Source of the DNA: Thermoplasmatales archaeon SG8-52-3 | GTDB lineage: Archaea; Thermoplasmatota; E2; DHVEG-1 | DNA length: 61,891 nt | NCBI GenBank assembly: GCA_001595915.1 | Contig: LSSG01000053.1 | Location: 69,416-131,306, forward strand | Direction: 5' to 3' | Shown here: in pieces, positions 27,976-38,714 of the stretch | Numbering within the stretch: the first letter of the stretch is position 1 | How the letters are laid out: each line of letters opens with the position of its first letter | Made by a program: the position numbers and the translations under genes | The notes under the pieces: generated by a model | What the model was told of the DNA's origin: nothing | Databases searched by the model: none | Seen by the model: only the letters and a program-made list of their open reading frames with translations

Positions 27976-28668
27976 TTATATTCTGGATAAAAAAATTGTT
28001 CCTATAAACAATGTTGGACCAACAATTTGTTCAAAACCAATATCTCCAAGGTTTATGAAAATTCCACTAAATAAGGTATTTATCATGAAAAATTTCCCAA
28101 TTGTTAGACGGCATTGAGCTAAACCGCCTATATGGGTGAATCCAAACTGATATTTTATTATCATTGAACGGAACATAAAACCAAAAAATGTTTCATAATC
28201 ATAAAATGGAATCCATGTATTTCCTATTCCAGCACTGAAAACTGGCTTTGGTCGGAATATTCCAATAAATGGGTTAAAAAAATCTTCAATTATTTCTGTT
28301 GCTAATTTATCTGTGTCTAAACTAGGGAAATCCTGAATATCTGTTTTTATTGAGTTTAAGAAGGAGCATACTATATCTTTTATATGTTGCCATTCTTCAT
28401 AGGTTATTTTAGATCCTCCAACACTATTAGGAGAAATTGTATTGTTTATTACATTTAGAGTACTGTATAATTCATCAATAAATTCTTGTCTTTTTTCTTC
28501 TGACAATTCTATTTGAGTAAAATAATTATCTTTTGTTATACCTGGCATCCAAATTGTTAATATTTTTTCTTGATTTATTGTTTCTTCTGCATTGATAATT
28601 GGAAAATATAATATTGTTAAGAATAATACTATAAATATTAGTGATATTAATTTTTTTTTCTTACGCAT
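27976..28668 (-). CDS. Secreted hypothetical protein (IPFYDYETF family)
   Basis: Signal peptide; shares IPFYDYETF.G and F(S)G..IN.G with its divergent neighbour. Confidence 0.7.
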   Translation of the reverse strand: MRKKKKLISLIFIVLFLTILYFPIINAEETINQEKILTIWMPGITKDNYFTQIELSEEKRQEFIDELYSTLNVINNTISPNSVGGSKITYEEWQHIKDIVCSFLNSIKTDIQDFPSLDTDKLATEIIEDFFNPFIGIFRPKPVFSAGIGNTWIPFYDYETFFGFMFRSMIIKYQFGFTHIGGLAQCRLTIGKFFMINTLFSGIFINLGDIGFEQIVGPTLFIGTIFLSRI

Positions 28669-28820
28669 AATGTGGTTTGCCCCATGTTTATAATATTTTT
28701 ATTATTTTGTTAGTATATAATTCTTTTGGATATAAATAAGTTTATAAGTACATGAATATTTAATGTTTTTATAAAATAGTATATAAATTTATTGCTTATT
28801 AAAAGCGAAAAGGTTATAAA

Positions 28821-28834
28821 TTAACAACCGTTAA
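28821..28834 (+). promoter_or_regulatory. TTAAC-N4-GTTAA palindrome abutting TATA
   Basis: GCGAAAAGGTTATAAA followed directly by TTAACAACCGTTAA. Confidence 0.72.
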
Positions 28835-28908
28835 ATATATTGGAAAGAGGTGATGACACGTCGTCGGTGTTTTCATCAAAAAATGTCAACAGACGGGGGA
28901 GGTGAAAT

Positions 28909-29616
28909 ATGAAAAGAGCCGTTCTACCGATTCTCGTAATAGCGATACTATTAATCGTTCCAGCTATTCCTGCTCTGAAAAATACAGAAAAACCAGTCGA
29001 AGATACAGAAGTAATGAACATAATTATTGGAAATGATGAACAAGGACTTACTCATCAAAAGATGACAATAGAAAAAGCTGGAGTAGACCTATTTGTTGAT
29101 AATGTGAAGGGATTCCAAACCTGGTTACAGGAAAACAAACCATTTAGAGATTTTAAATTCACTGAAGAAGAGAAAGATGCAATAAAATCTCATGTAAACA
29201 CAATAGTATTATCATTGAACAATGTTCTACAAGCAAATGGTTATGATCCAATATCATCTGATTGGCTGTACCAGGAATTATTTGAGACCGAGGTTGATAG
29301 AAGCACCATAATTAGCATGGGCATGGGATATGCATATATACCATTCTATGACTATGAAACATTCCTCGGAATTATGATTCGACCAATATGGTTATTCTAC
29401 CCACCAATATTCCTAGGAGGTGGTGGTTACACGGGTAACTTTAATATTAATTTGTTACCAGGTCGAGTCGAATTTGGTGACAGACTCGGTTTTCATATAG
29501 CAAGAACAACTATATTCTCTGGTCTATACATTAACGTTGGAGAACTTGGTTACGACAGAATATTCGGCGGCATGATTATGCTATTAGGCCGAGCACGAGT
29601 CGTAATATTAGATTAG
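28909..29616 (+). CDS. Secreted hypothetical protein (IPFYDYETF family)
   Basis: GGAGGTG RBS, signal peptide, paralog of 27976..28668. Confidence 0.72.
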   Translation: MKRAVLPILVIAILLIVPAIPALKNTEKPVEDTEVMNIIIGNDEQGLTHQKMTIEKAGVDLFVDNVKGFQTWLQENKPFRDFKFTEEEKDAIKSHVNTIVLSLNNVLQANGYDPISSDWLYQELFETEVDRSTIISMGMGYAYIPFYDYETFLGIMIRPIWLFYPPIFLGGGGYTGNFNINLLPGRVEFGDRLGFHIARTTIFSGLYINVGELGYDRIFGGMIMLLGRARVVILD

Positions 29617-29997
29617 CCTAGAGTATTCTAATTTTTTAGGAGTAATTACTCAAGATATTTAATTAAGGATTTTATTTAAAAAGTATTAATTAATTTTTTT
29701 TAACAATTCCATTCTTAGTTATTAATTTTAAAAAATTAATACACAAGGATCTTTTTTTAAAAATTAAATCCTAGATAAAATTTAAAAATAGGATTTGTAT
29801 TATCATAAGATGATATCAAATCAATAAAAGTATTATTTATTATAATTGATGGGAATAAAATATCGAGGATGTAAAAAAATACCCTTGGAAATCTACAACC
29901 TACCTTATTGAAATATGAAATATTTTATAATTAATTATAAAAAAGAATTTATAAGATATTATTCTTAATCCTATTTTTAATAAGATGTTTTTATTGT

Positions 29998-32124
29998 TTA
30001 ATCAAAAAGATTTAGAAGAAGAAAGATATTTGGATATCTTTCTTTAAGATATAAAAATATAAAGTTTTCTACAGGTTTATTACGAGGAATAGTTATTTTA
30101 ATTGTTGTCAACTCACTTTCTGCACCATATATATCTTTTGCCTTAGCACTAATTGTATATTTTCCTCTAGAAGTCCAGTTATGACAACTGTATATTTTAA
30201 AACCAGATTCATATGGGCCTATCCAATCTTGACAGGTTCCATCACCCCAATCTATATAATAATATATATCATCGTCATCCGAATCTATAGAAGTTAAAAA
30301 GTACGTATATGAAACACCTACTGCACCACTAGTAGGTCCTTCGATTTCTGGAGCAGATGGTATATTATCTAATTGTAAAATAACTCTATCTTCACTAATC
30401 TGATCAAATGTATCATAAACCAATAATCTGATACAATAATAACTTTCATTTTCAGGAATTGGTGCTTCCCAAATAGATAAAGTAGCATTTTCAAGTGGAG
30501 TGTCTGATGTATGAATTAATGTCCATTCTTGTGGGTACATTCCTTCTCCAGAATAAACCTCATATTTTTCAAAATTATCACCATAAGCAGATCCTAAGAC
30601 AGAAACATTTCCAAAAACTATTGCATTATCCATTTCAGGTAATAGTTCTGCAATAGGTGAAGAATCCCTTATAATTGCCTGATAAGCATTTATTCTACCT
30701 GTTCCAATATATTTATCTGATGAATTTACATCATCTGTTGTTGATCTTATAATTGTCCATACTTGCTTTTGGCTGAAATATGGATTCTTTGAAAGAATTA
30801 ATGCAGCTAATGCTGCAACTTGGGGAGTAGCCATAGATGTTCCACTCCATGATACATAGGTATCATTGAAAAGTGTACTATACACATATTCACCGGCAGC
30901 AGCAACATCCACCCAGCTTCCAAAATTACTTCCAAATGCTGTATGAGCCCTGCTATCATTGTGATCTGTTGCTGCAACTGCTATAACATTTGGATAAGCT
31001 GCAGGATAATGTTCTATTCCATTTGCAATATTTCCTGCAGCTGCGACAAGTATTGTTCCCTTTGAATAGGAATAATTAACAGCATCCCAAATCAACCAGG
31101 TAATTTGAGACCCTCCCCAGCTCATACTTATAATATTTGCACCATTATCTGATGCATATTCCAGACCTTTTGCAGCGGCAACAATATCAATAAGACCTGC
31201 TCCACCAGAAGCCTTAAAACCGATTCTGACAGGCATTATACTACAATTCCAACATACTCCTGCAACACCAATGCCATTATCTGTTGAAGCACTAGCAATA
31301 CCTGAACAATGTGTACCATGTCCATGAAAATCCATCGGGTCATTATCAGGAATCGTTCCATCTTCACCAGGTACAACAGGTTTTGTAGTATTTACAAAAT
31401 CATATCCTCGAATATCATCAATATAACCGTTTCCATCGTCATCAAAATCATTAAAATCAGATGGATCAACAATACCATTACTGTTAAGATCCTCGCCGGA
31501 GTTAATCCAAATATTATCTTTTAGATCAGGATGATCCCAGTCAACTCCAGTATCATGTATACAAATTACAATGTCTTTGTTACCTGTTTCAATTTCCCAT
31601 GCCTCTGGCGCATCAATATCAGCATCAGGTATTCCACCTGTTTGACCGGAATTGTTTAGATAATATTGTAAATTAAAATCAGGGTCATTTGGAGTTTTGC
31701 AAGTTTGATATATATAATTTGGCTCCGCATATTCCACATTCGGATCTTGTGAATATTGATGTATAATTGAAAGAATATCTGAATTTTCAGGTACAGCAAA
31801 CTTGAAAATATTATCTAGATAAGGATTTTCATTAGATTTGAATATTTTTTCTGCAGATTTTACATTATTTTTTATATTTAATAAATCTATAGTATCAATA
31901 CCTGTATATAAAAAATTGTTTGAAGATTTGTAGATTTCTATATCTGCTTCTGCATTGAATTTTACTATAAATTCTCCATCAACAAATTTAAAAATTTCCT
32001 GTTCAATTATTATATCTAAATTATTTTTTATTATATTTTTTCCCAATCCTGAGTAAATATTTGTTCCAATTAAGATTGCAATTATAAATAAAAGTATATA
32101 TTTTCTATAATAATTTTTTTTCAT
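29998..32124 (-). CDS. Secreted S8 subtilase with prodomain, Ig-like and PKD-like domains and IPR tail
   Basis: Catalytic triad IHDTG, HGHGTHCSG, SGTSMATP; YAEPNY prodomain; ends TIPRNK..LKERYPNIFLLL. Confidence 0.92.
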   Translation of the reverse strand: MKKNYYRKYILLFIIAILIGTNIYSGLGKNIIKNNLDIIIEQEIFKFVDGEFIVKFNAEADIEIYKSSNNFLYTGIDTIDLLNIKNNVKSAEKIFKSNENPYLDNIFKFAVPENSDILSIIHQYSQDPNVEYAEPNYIYQTCKTPNDPDFNLQYYLNNSGQTGGIPDADIDAPEAWEIETGNKDIVICIHDTGVDWDHPDLKDNIWINSGEDLNSNGIVDPSDFNDFDDDGNGYIDDIRGYDFVNTTKPVVPGEDGTIPDNDPMDFHGHGTHCSGIASASTDNGIGVAGVCWNCSIMPVRIGFKASGGAGLIDIVAAAKGLEYASDNGANIISMSWGGSQITWLIWDAVNYSYSKGTILVAAAGNIANGIEHYPAAYPNVIAVAATDHNDSRAHTAFGSNFGSWVDVAAAGEYVYSTLFNDTYVSWSGTSMATPQVAALAALILSKNPYFSQKQVWTIIRSTTDDVNSSDKYIGTGRINAYQAIIRDSSPIAELLPEMDNAIVFGNVSVLGSAYGDNFEKYEVYSGEGMYPQEWTLIHTSDTPLENATLSIWEAPIPENESYYCIRLLVYDTFDQISEDRVILQLDNIPSAPEIEGPTSGAVGVSYTYFLTSIDSDDDDIYYYIDWGDGTCQDWIGPYESGFKIYSCHNWTSRGKYTISAKAKDIYGAESELTTIKITIPRNKPVENFIFLYLKERYPNIFLLLNLFD

Positions 32125-32293
32125 ATTTTTATAACTCCTAATAAATTATATATCTAGAATAGTTTATTTTAATTTAATGGTTTCTACTAATGAATTTTTT
32201 TAATAAAAATTAGAAAAATAAATGATAAAAGAAATATAAAATCAAATAATAGAATTTTTAAAATTTTTATTTTTATAAAAAATCAGAAAAAAA

Positions 32294-32521
32294 TTAAACG
32301 GATTTTATAGATTTTTTGATATTTACCTGATTTTCATATCTTATATACAATTTAAAAATTATCAACATTGATATTGCTACATATATTAAAGCAGTTAAAC
32401 CTAATAAGCCTTCAAGAGACATTATAAAATATGCAGGTAGTATTGGAATATATGAAAATATTAAAAACCAAATAAGAAATTGCCAAGCTTTCTTACCTTT
32501 TTGACTCATCCAATCAAACAT
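32294..32521 (-). CDS. Small two-helix membrane protein
   Basis: 75 aa, two hydrophobic helices, GGAGG RBS upstream. Confidence 0.6.
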   Translation of the reverse strand: MFDWMSQKGKKAWQFLIWFLIFSYIPILPAYFIMSLEGLLGLTALIYVAISMLIIFKLYIRYENQVNIKKSIKSV

Positions 32522-32823
32522 CTATTATCACATCCTCCATTTTTAATAAAATTTTCCCTTATGGTTTATACTCTTCTTATTTTAGTTTATATAACTTTCG
32601 TGTAAAAATGTCAAAAGGTTATTTTATTTAACTTGGAAGCATTATTATCATTAAAATATAAATGGATTATTAAATTATTATAGACTTAATAACAAAAAGA
32701 ATTTTTAATATAATAATACTTAAGTATGATTAAACAATAAGATATAAATACCTGCAGATAAAAAATTGATGCACTCATTTACTCATTTTTTTATTAGTAG
32801 GACAATAAATAAAAGGTAATATC

Positions 32824-33258
32824 ATGGAATGTATTGAAAAAGGAGATAAGGTAAAAATCAAATATGAGGCGAAATTAGAAAGTGGTGAGGAATGTTTTCC
32901 TGAAAATAATGATGATACTATTGAAATAATAATTGGAGAAGGAAAGATATTTTCTTCTATTGAAAATTGTTTAAAAGACATGAAAACAGGTGAAACAAAA
33001 ACTATTACAATTGAACCAAATGAAGCATTTGGCCCATATCATGAAAATTTAATAATTGATGCACCAAGAACATCCTTCAAAACAGATACCGATCTTTCAA
33101 TTGGTATGAGAATAAAAATCGATACTCCTACTGAAAAAGTTTATTATGCTACAATAATTAAAATGACTGATTCGGCAATAACTTTAGATTTGAATCATCC
33201 ATTAGCAGGTAAAAAATTGATTTTTACAGTAACTGTTGTTGATATCAATAAAAAATAA
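32824..33258 (+). CDS. slyD: FKBP-type peptidyl-prolyl isomerase (SlyD/short archaeal FKBP)
   Basis: GDKVKIKY, EAFG, LDLNHPLAGKKLIF motifs. Confidence 0.9.
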   Translation: MECIEKGDKVKIKYEAKLESGEECFPENNDDTIEIIIGEGKIFSSIENCLKDMKTGETKTITIEPNEAFGPYHENLIIDAPRTSFKTDTDLSIGMRIKIDTPTEKVYYATIIKMTDSAITLDLNHPLAGKKLIFTVTVVDINKK

Positions 33259-33326
33259 TTTTTTTAATAAATTTAATATAAAACTTTATATTCATATAAG
33301 TTTATATTTAGCAAAAAGATTATAAA

Positions 33327-33340
33327 TTAGCAATCGTTAG
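33327..33340 (+). promoter_or_regulatory. Degenerate TTAAC-N4-GTTAA site abutting TATA
   Basis: GCAAAAAGATTATAAA followed by TTAGCAATCGTTAG; same promoter layout as paralog 16206. Confidence 0.55.
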
Positions 33341-33357
33341 ATTAATGTTGAAATAGT

Positions 33358-34449
33358 GTGATAACAAAAATGAAAAAAATCTCAAGTTTATTAGTATTAA
33401 TATTCATTGCTTTTTCTTTAATTCTATCAACTATTGTTGTAACTGCATATCAAGAAAATAATAATTCAATTATTAATTTAAATTTATGCGATGAATCTTC
33501 TCTTTTAGGTACTTTAGGTACAATAGTATGGGACAATGGAATGGATTATTCTGGTTTAATATATTCACAATGGGATGAAAATAAACAATTCGATTTCTAT
33601 ATTGTTGATGACTTTTATTTTGAAGAAGAGGCAGAAATTTCAGATGTATACTGGATAGGTGGTTATTGGGGTCAAAATTACGAATCAGGTAATTTCGATT
33701 GGTCAATATCATTTTATTATGATAATACAAGCGAAGGAAAACCTGATGGTCACCCATATTCTCCTAGTTTTGCAGGACCTTATCTATTTACTTGGATTGA
33801 AATTAATAAGGAGATTCTTTATAACTCTGGTAATTCTATCTACTATAAATTTTGGATTAATTTACCAGAAATCATCAAATTTGAAGCAAACAAAAAATAC
33901 TGGATCAGCATTTGGGCTGAAGGAAGTTACCCTCCACAATCTGGTTGGGGCTATCATAAGAGTATACTTTTAAATGCATCATTATTAGGTTCAGACTATT
34001 TTAGTTTTCCATTTTGGACACCTGGAATTGATGTGCAAGGTTTTGACTTTGATATGGCATTTCAATTATCAGAACCAATTGGACCTTTACCACCTAATCC
34101 CCCTTACATTGAGGGGCCTAGAGAAGGACGTGCTAAAACAAAATTATGTTGGACATTTCAGTCTGAAGATATGAATGGTGACGCAATCAAATATGTAATT
34201 AATTGGGGAGATGGCAGCATTAATGAAACTGATTATAATTCATCCTATGACCCTATAGAATTATGCCATACTTATAGTAAAAATGGAGTTTATGCAATAA
34301 TTGCTTATGCTGAAGATGAAACAGGATTAAAAAGCAATGAAAGTACTTTTGGTATATCAATACCAAGATATCGAGAACTTAATAAATATTTACAATTAAT
34401 TTTTGAACAATTCTCAATGCTTAATAGAATTCTAAATTTTTTGAGATAA
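33358..34449 (+). CDS. Secreted paralog of 16206..17273, PKD-like domain + IPR tail
   Basis: WDNGMDY..VDDFYF..WIGGYW; INWGDG; ends SIPRYR..FEQFSMLNRIL. Probable ATG start 33370. Confidence 0.78.
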   Translation: MITKMKKISSLLVLIFIAFSLILSTIVVTAYQENNNSIINLNLCDESSLLGTLGTIVWDNGMDYSGLIYSQWDENKQFDFYIVDDFYFEEEAEISDVYWIGGYWGQNYESGNFDWSISFYYDNTSEGKPDGHPYSPSFAGPYLFTWIEINKEILYNSGNSIYYKFWINLPEIIKFEANKKYWISIWAEGSYPPQSGWGYHKSILLNASLLGSDYFSFPFWTPGIDVQGFDFDMAFQLSEPIGPLPPNPPYIEGPREGRAKTKLCWTFQSEDMNGDAIKYVINWGDGSINETDYNSSYDPIELCHTYSKNGVYAIIAYAEDETGLKSNESTFGISIPRYRELNKYLQLIFEQFSMLNRILNFLR

Positions 34450-34846
34450 AATTTATCTACCAAAAATAAATATCACTAGAATAATAGAGTCTAGTTCTGA
34501 AGAAAGAATGAATTTTTTAAAAAAATCTATTTCTTCATACTTTTCTTTCTGCCTCAGCTAAACCCTTCTTAAAAACATATTTTTTAAAACTAAAACTTTT
34601 AAATGTCTTGCAAAAAATGTTTTTGTTAAATTAAATGTAATCTAAATTTAAAAAAATAAAGGCAAATTGTTTGGGTTTATTCATTATGTTCATAAAATAT
34701 GCTTCATCATGCATTTTAAACTTTTGATACTTATGTAATAATAAAGATATCTAAACTTACATTTTAATCATTTTAAATATTTTTTAATGAAAGATAAACC
34801 TAAATTAATGTTTTATAAAATAGAAAAGATTTTATAAGGAAAAATA

Positions 34847-34860
34847 TTAACTATTGTTAA
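34847..34860 (+). promoter_or_regulatory. TTAAC-N4-GTTAA palindrome downstream of TATA
   Basis: TTAACTATTGTTAA about 9 nt after GAAAAGATTTTATAA. Confidence 0.68.
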
Positions 34861-34909
34861 GATTTATATACATTAATTATATTATTATATTAAAGGAGGC
34901 AACGAATTA

Positions 34910-36631
34910 ATGAACAAAAAAAACAATTTATTAAGTAAAACTTTAATCTTAAGTTTAACTTTATTGTTTATCGGAGCTAGTACTATACCAAACATTAGTG
35001 GATATGAAAATAAAACAAGAACTACGATGATAAAGGAAGTTTCTTCAGTTACTATTGATGAAGACGATTATGTAAATATTTTTTTGAAGTTTGATGAGGG
35101 TAATGGTAACACTGCAGGTGATTCTTCAGGCCATGATTATGATGGAACAATATATGGGGCTTCATGGACTACTGGAAAATATGGTTATGCACTGGATTTT
35201 GATGGAACAGATGATTATATCGACCTAGATGAACATACAAAAAATAAATTAGGTATTAATAAAACAGATGATTTGTATTTATCATTTTATTTTAGATCAT
35301 CTTCAACAAATAGGGGTATTATCTATAGTATGTGCAGAGGAGACTCCTATGGTTATAATCCAGGATTTCATGTTGCTATTACATCGGAAGGTAAAATTGA
35401 AGTACAGGTATGGCGTCTGAGTTGTGGAGTTCTAACTTGGTCCAATAATAGTTATAATGATGGTTCATGGCATTTCGTTGAAATTTATTATAACGGTATT
35501 CAAGATAACCCATTTGTAAAAATTGTTGTAGATGGAGATTTAGATCACACATTTAAAAAATATATATGTGATTTTTTTGGCGATCAATTTAGATATTGTC
35601 AAATAGGTAGACATAGTCATGAATTAATTGATTATTTTGATGGTACTTTAGATGAATTTAAAATAATTAAATATCCAGGGGGAAACGAACAATATCCTCC
35701 AGTCGTTACTGGCCCAATAACAGGACAACCAGGTATTGAATATGATTTTACCTTTTCAATTGATGACCCTGAAGGAGATTCTGTAATGCTATATATCAAC
35801 TGGGATGATGGAAATATTGAGGAACTTGGACCTTTTGAACCAGGTGAAGATGTTATAGTAAGTCATACATGGAATGTGGATGGGAGTTATGAAATTAAAG
35901 CAAAATGTTATGATATATGGGATGATAGTAGATACTCAGATATACATTTAATAAGAATTGGAGATCAAGCACCAGATAGACCTATTATAACTGGACCTAA
36001 ATATGGAGATCCACAGGAAGAACTAACATACACATTTGTTTCTTCAGACTATGAAGGAGAAGATATTAAGTATTACGTAGATTGGGGTGATGGTACAACA
36101 ACAGAAACAGATTATGTCCCATCGAATACTGAAGTAGAATTGTCACATAGTTTTCCATCAAATAATGATTATTATATGAGAGCAAGAGCAATAGACATAA
36201 AAAACAAAATTGGAGAATGGGAAGAATACCATATACGAATAGGGGATAAACCACCAAATAATCTAAAAATATATGGAGCAGTACAAGGAGTTCCTGGTGT
36301 CAAATATCAATATGCTTTTGTAGCATATGATCCAGAAGATGATAATTTAACATATGATATAGATTGGGGAGATGGCGATATTGAAACAGATATCGGACCA
36401 ATACTATCAGGTGAGATTTTAGTAAAAAAACACTCATGGAATCGAACACGTAACTATGTAATAAAAGTTCGTGTTAAGGATGAATTTGATTACTATACTC
36501 CTGGTTGGACGGAATTTGATGTTATCATACCACGAAGCAAAGTGTTAAATTTTAACTTATTAGACCTTTTATTCGAACGATTACCTTATAGGGGCACTAT
36601 AATTAAATATCTATTTAAGATGATTAACTAA
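34910..36631 (+). CDS. Secreted LamG/concanavalin-like protein with three PKD-like domains and IPR tail
   Basis: FDEGNGNTAGDSSG..ALDFDG..WHFV..FDGTLDEFKI; three W(D/G)DG domains; ends IIPRSK..LFERLP. Confidence 0.8.
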   Translation: MNKKNNLLSKTLILSLTLLFIGASTIPNISGYENKTRTTMIKEVSSVTIDEDDYVNIFLKFDEGNGNTAGDSSGHDYDGTIYGASWTTGKYGYALDFDGTDDYIDLDEHTKNKLGINKTDDLYLSFYFRSSSTNRGIIYSMCRGDSYGYNPGFHVAITSEGKIEVQVWRLSCGVLTWSNNSYNDGSWHFVEIYYNGIQDNPFVKIVVDGDLDHTFKKYICDFFGDQFRYCQIGRHSHELIDYFDGTLDEFKIIKYPGGNEQYPPVVTGPITGQPGIEYDFTFSIDDPEGDSVMLYINWDDGNIEELGPFEPGEDVIVSHTWNVDGSYEIKAKCYDIWDDSRYSDIHLIRIGDQAPDRPIITGPKYGDPQEELTYTFVSSDYEGEDIKYYVDWGDGTTTETDYVPSNTEVELSHSFPSNNDYYMRARAIDIKNKIGEWEEYHIRIGDKPPNNLKIYGAVQGVPGVKYQYAFVAYDPEDDNLTYDIDWGDGDIETDIGPILSGEILVKKHSWNRTRNYVIKVRVKDEFDYYTPGWTEFDVIIPRSKVLNFNLLDLLFERLPYRGTIIKYLFKMIN

Positions 36632-36645
36632 GGGAGGTAAAAAAG

Positions 36646-38574
36646 ATGAAAAAGAAAATAATAGGAATTTTTGTTTGTTTACTTTTAATTGTTGCTACTG
36701 TTATACCTGTTGCTGGAAATATAAAAAGAGAATCTACTACTCCAATATTTGCTATAAATACATCTGTTGATAAAATATCTTCATATAATGTATATTCTGT
36801 ACCTTTAGCAATATCTGTTACTGGACCAAGCGATTTATCTGAGGTAGGATTATATTATAGATGGAGCAGAGACAATGAAACTTGGTCAGGAGTTCAAAAG
36901 TATTCAATTTTTGAAGGATTTGAGTCAGGTACTCAAAATACAAGTCTATGGAATACATATCAAACAGGGGGAGATGCTAGAATTCAATTTGACTTTACAA
37001 ATGCTCACAGTGGGGCTTTTTCATGTGCTATGGATGATTTCGATTCTCAACAATTTGATTACTCTTTAAATGTTATTTACACAAAATTTGACTTTACTGA
37101 CGCTACTGGTATAAGTATCGATTTTTGGGAACGAGAATGGGGAGATGAATCAAATCCAGCTCCAGACCAATGGTCAGGTTGGGGAAATTATGATGTTGTC
37201 GCTTATACAAATGATGGAGATACTTGGTTTGAGATAGTTCCTGAATCAGTTTTAGATAATCAAGTATTTACACAAATTGAATATAACATATCTGATGATG
37301 ATAATTTCGAATCACCAGCCGACAGTAATTTTGCAATACTGTTTTCCCAATATGATAATGTTCAACTAACAAATGATGGACGTGCTTGGGATGATATCAC
37401 TATTGAATACTCTTTCGGTAAACCAAGTGTAAACTGGTCATTGTGGAATAACCCTAATAATCCTGATTTATTTTATCCATGGTATTGGGATTTTAACTTC
37501 CCAAATGGTACTGGTTATTATGAATTTTATAGCATTGGTAAAAAACCTGGAGAACCTGATGAGGCTCCACCACTCACAGCTGATACGATATGTAGATATA
37601 ATAGACGACCAGATATTTTTAATGAAAAACCAGCAAATGGAACCAAAAATGTAGATCTCAAACCAGAACTAGAGATATCTATTAGTGACGAAGATGGTGA
37701 AACAATGAACCTAACTTGGATTAGTAACAGCAGCGGTTCATGGAAAGCATTTGCAAGTGACTTAAATGTTGAAGATGGAACCTACTATTTTACCAATAAT
37801 AATTTTAGTGAATTTGATACTACATATTGGTGGTATTTAAAAGTTACAGATGGTATTTATACGGTAAATAGCCCGATTTTCCATTTTACGACTGAAAAAA
37901 ACCTTCCTCCATATACTCCAAGTAATCCTACGCCCGAAGATGGAGAAGTAGGTGTATCCATTCAAGAGATTCTTACTTGGTCCGGTGGAGATCCAAATCA
38001 GGGTGATAAAGTATATTATGATGTATACTTAGGCACCTCTAGTTCTCCGCCACTTGTTGCTGAAAATATACTACAGAACGCTTACGATCCTGGTACCTTG
38101 GAAGTAGATACAACATATTATTGGCAAATTGTCTCAGAGGATAGTCAAGGAGAAACCACTTCTGGATCAATTTGGAGTTTCACAACAGAAGCGGAAGCAA
38201 ATTATCCACCAACATCACCAAAAATTTATGGTTCACCAAATGCCCCTCCTGGAAAGGAATTATGCTGGGCTTTGATTTCAGATGATCCAGATGATCACGA
38301 GGTGAAGTATATTATAGATTGGGGTGATGGAAACTCTGTTGAAACAGATTATTATCAAGACGAAATGGCAATAGAAGAATGCCACACTTATACTGAAGAG
38401 GGCGAATACATAATTGTTGCAATATCAGAAGATGAGAAAGGACTTCAGAGCGAACAAGCTAAATTTGTAATTAAAATTCAAAAACCTAGATCGGTATTTC
38501 ATCCATTGCTACTACGGATACTTGAACGAATGCCAATGCTGGAAAGACTTCTTAAATTAATTAGAGCATTTTAA
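36646..38574 (+). CDS. Secreted multi-domain protein (beta-sandwich, Ig, FN3-like, PKD-like) with PR tail
   Basis: Signal peptide; GGDPN..YDVYLG..YYWQI; IIDWGDG; ends KPRSVFHPLLLRILERMPMLERLL. Confidence 0.78.
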   Translation: MKKKIIGIFVCLLLIVATVIPVAGNIKRESTTPIFAINTSVDKISSYNVYSVPLAISVTGPSDLSEVGLYYRWSRDNETWSGVQKYSIFEGFESGTQNTSLWNTYQTGGDARIQFDFTNAHSGAFSCAMDDFDSQQFDYSLNVIYTKFDFTDATGISIDFWEREWGDESNPAPDQWSGWGNYDVVAYTNDGDTWFEIVPESVLDNQVFTQIEYNISDDDNFESPADSNFAILFSQYDNVQLTNDGRAWDDITIEYSFGKPSVNWSLWNNPNNPDLFYPWYWDFNFPNGTGYYEFYSIGKKPGEPDEAPPLTADTICRYNRRPDIFNEKPANGTKNVDLKPELEISISDEDGETMNLTWISNSSGSWKAFASDLNVEDGTYYFTNNNFSEFDTTYWWYLKVTDGIYTVNSPIFHFTTEKNLPPYTPSNPTPEDGEVGVSIQEILTWSGGDPNQGDKVYYDVYLGTSSSPPLVAENILQNAYDPGTLEVDTTYYWQIVSEDSQGETTSGSIWSFTTEAEANYPPTSPKIYGSPNAPPGKELCWALISDDPDDHEVKYIIDWGDGNSVETDYYQDEMAIEECHTYTEEGEYIIVAISEDEKGLQSEQAKFVIKIQKPRSVFHPLLLRILERMPMLERLLKLIRAF

Positions 38575-38679
38575 GTTAATGTTCTAATCAATATTTAAGG
38601 GTTAATTCTAAATATTTGGATATTATAAAACAAGATAAAAATCTTGATATTTACCCTATTTAAATAAAAGTTTATATAT

Positions 38680-38693
38680 TTAACAAATGTTAT
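38680..38693 (+). promoter_or_regulatory. Near-consensus TTAAC-N4-GTTAA site abutting TATA
   Basis: AAAAGTTTATATA then TTAACAAATGTTAT. Confidence 0.55.
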
Positions 38694-38714
38694 CATATTA
38701 ATAATATATTCTTT

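Noticed and set aside
29617-29990. AT-rich intergenic region with weak inverted repeats
   Set aside because: Low complexity; no repeat stronger than chance and no credible ORF.
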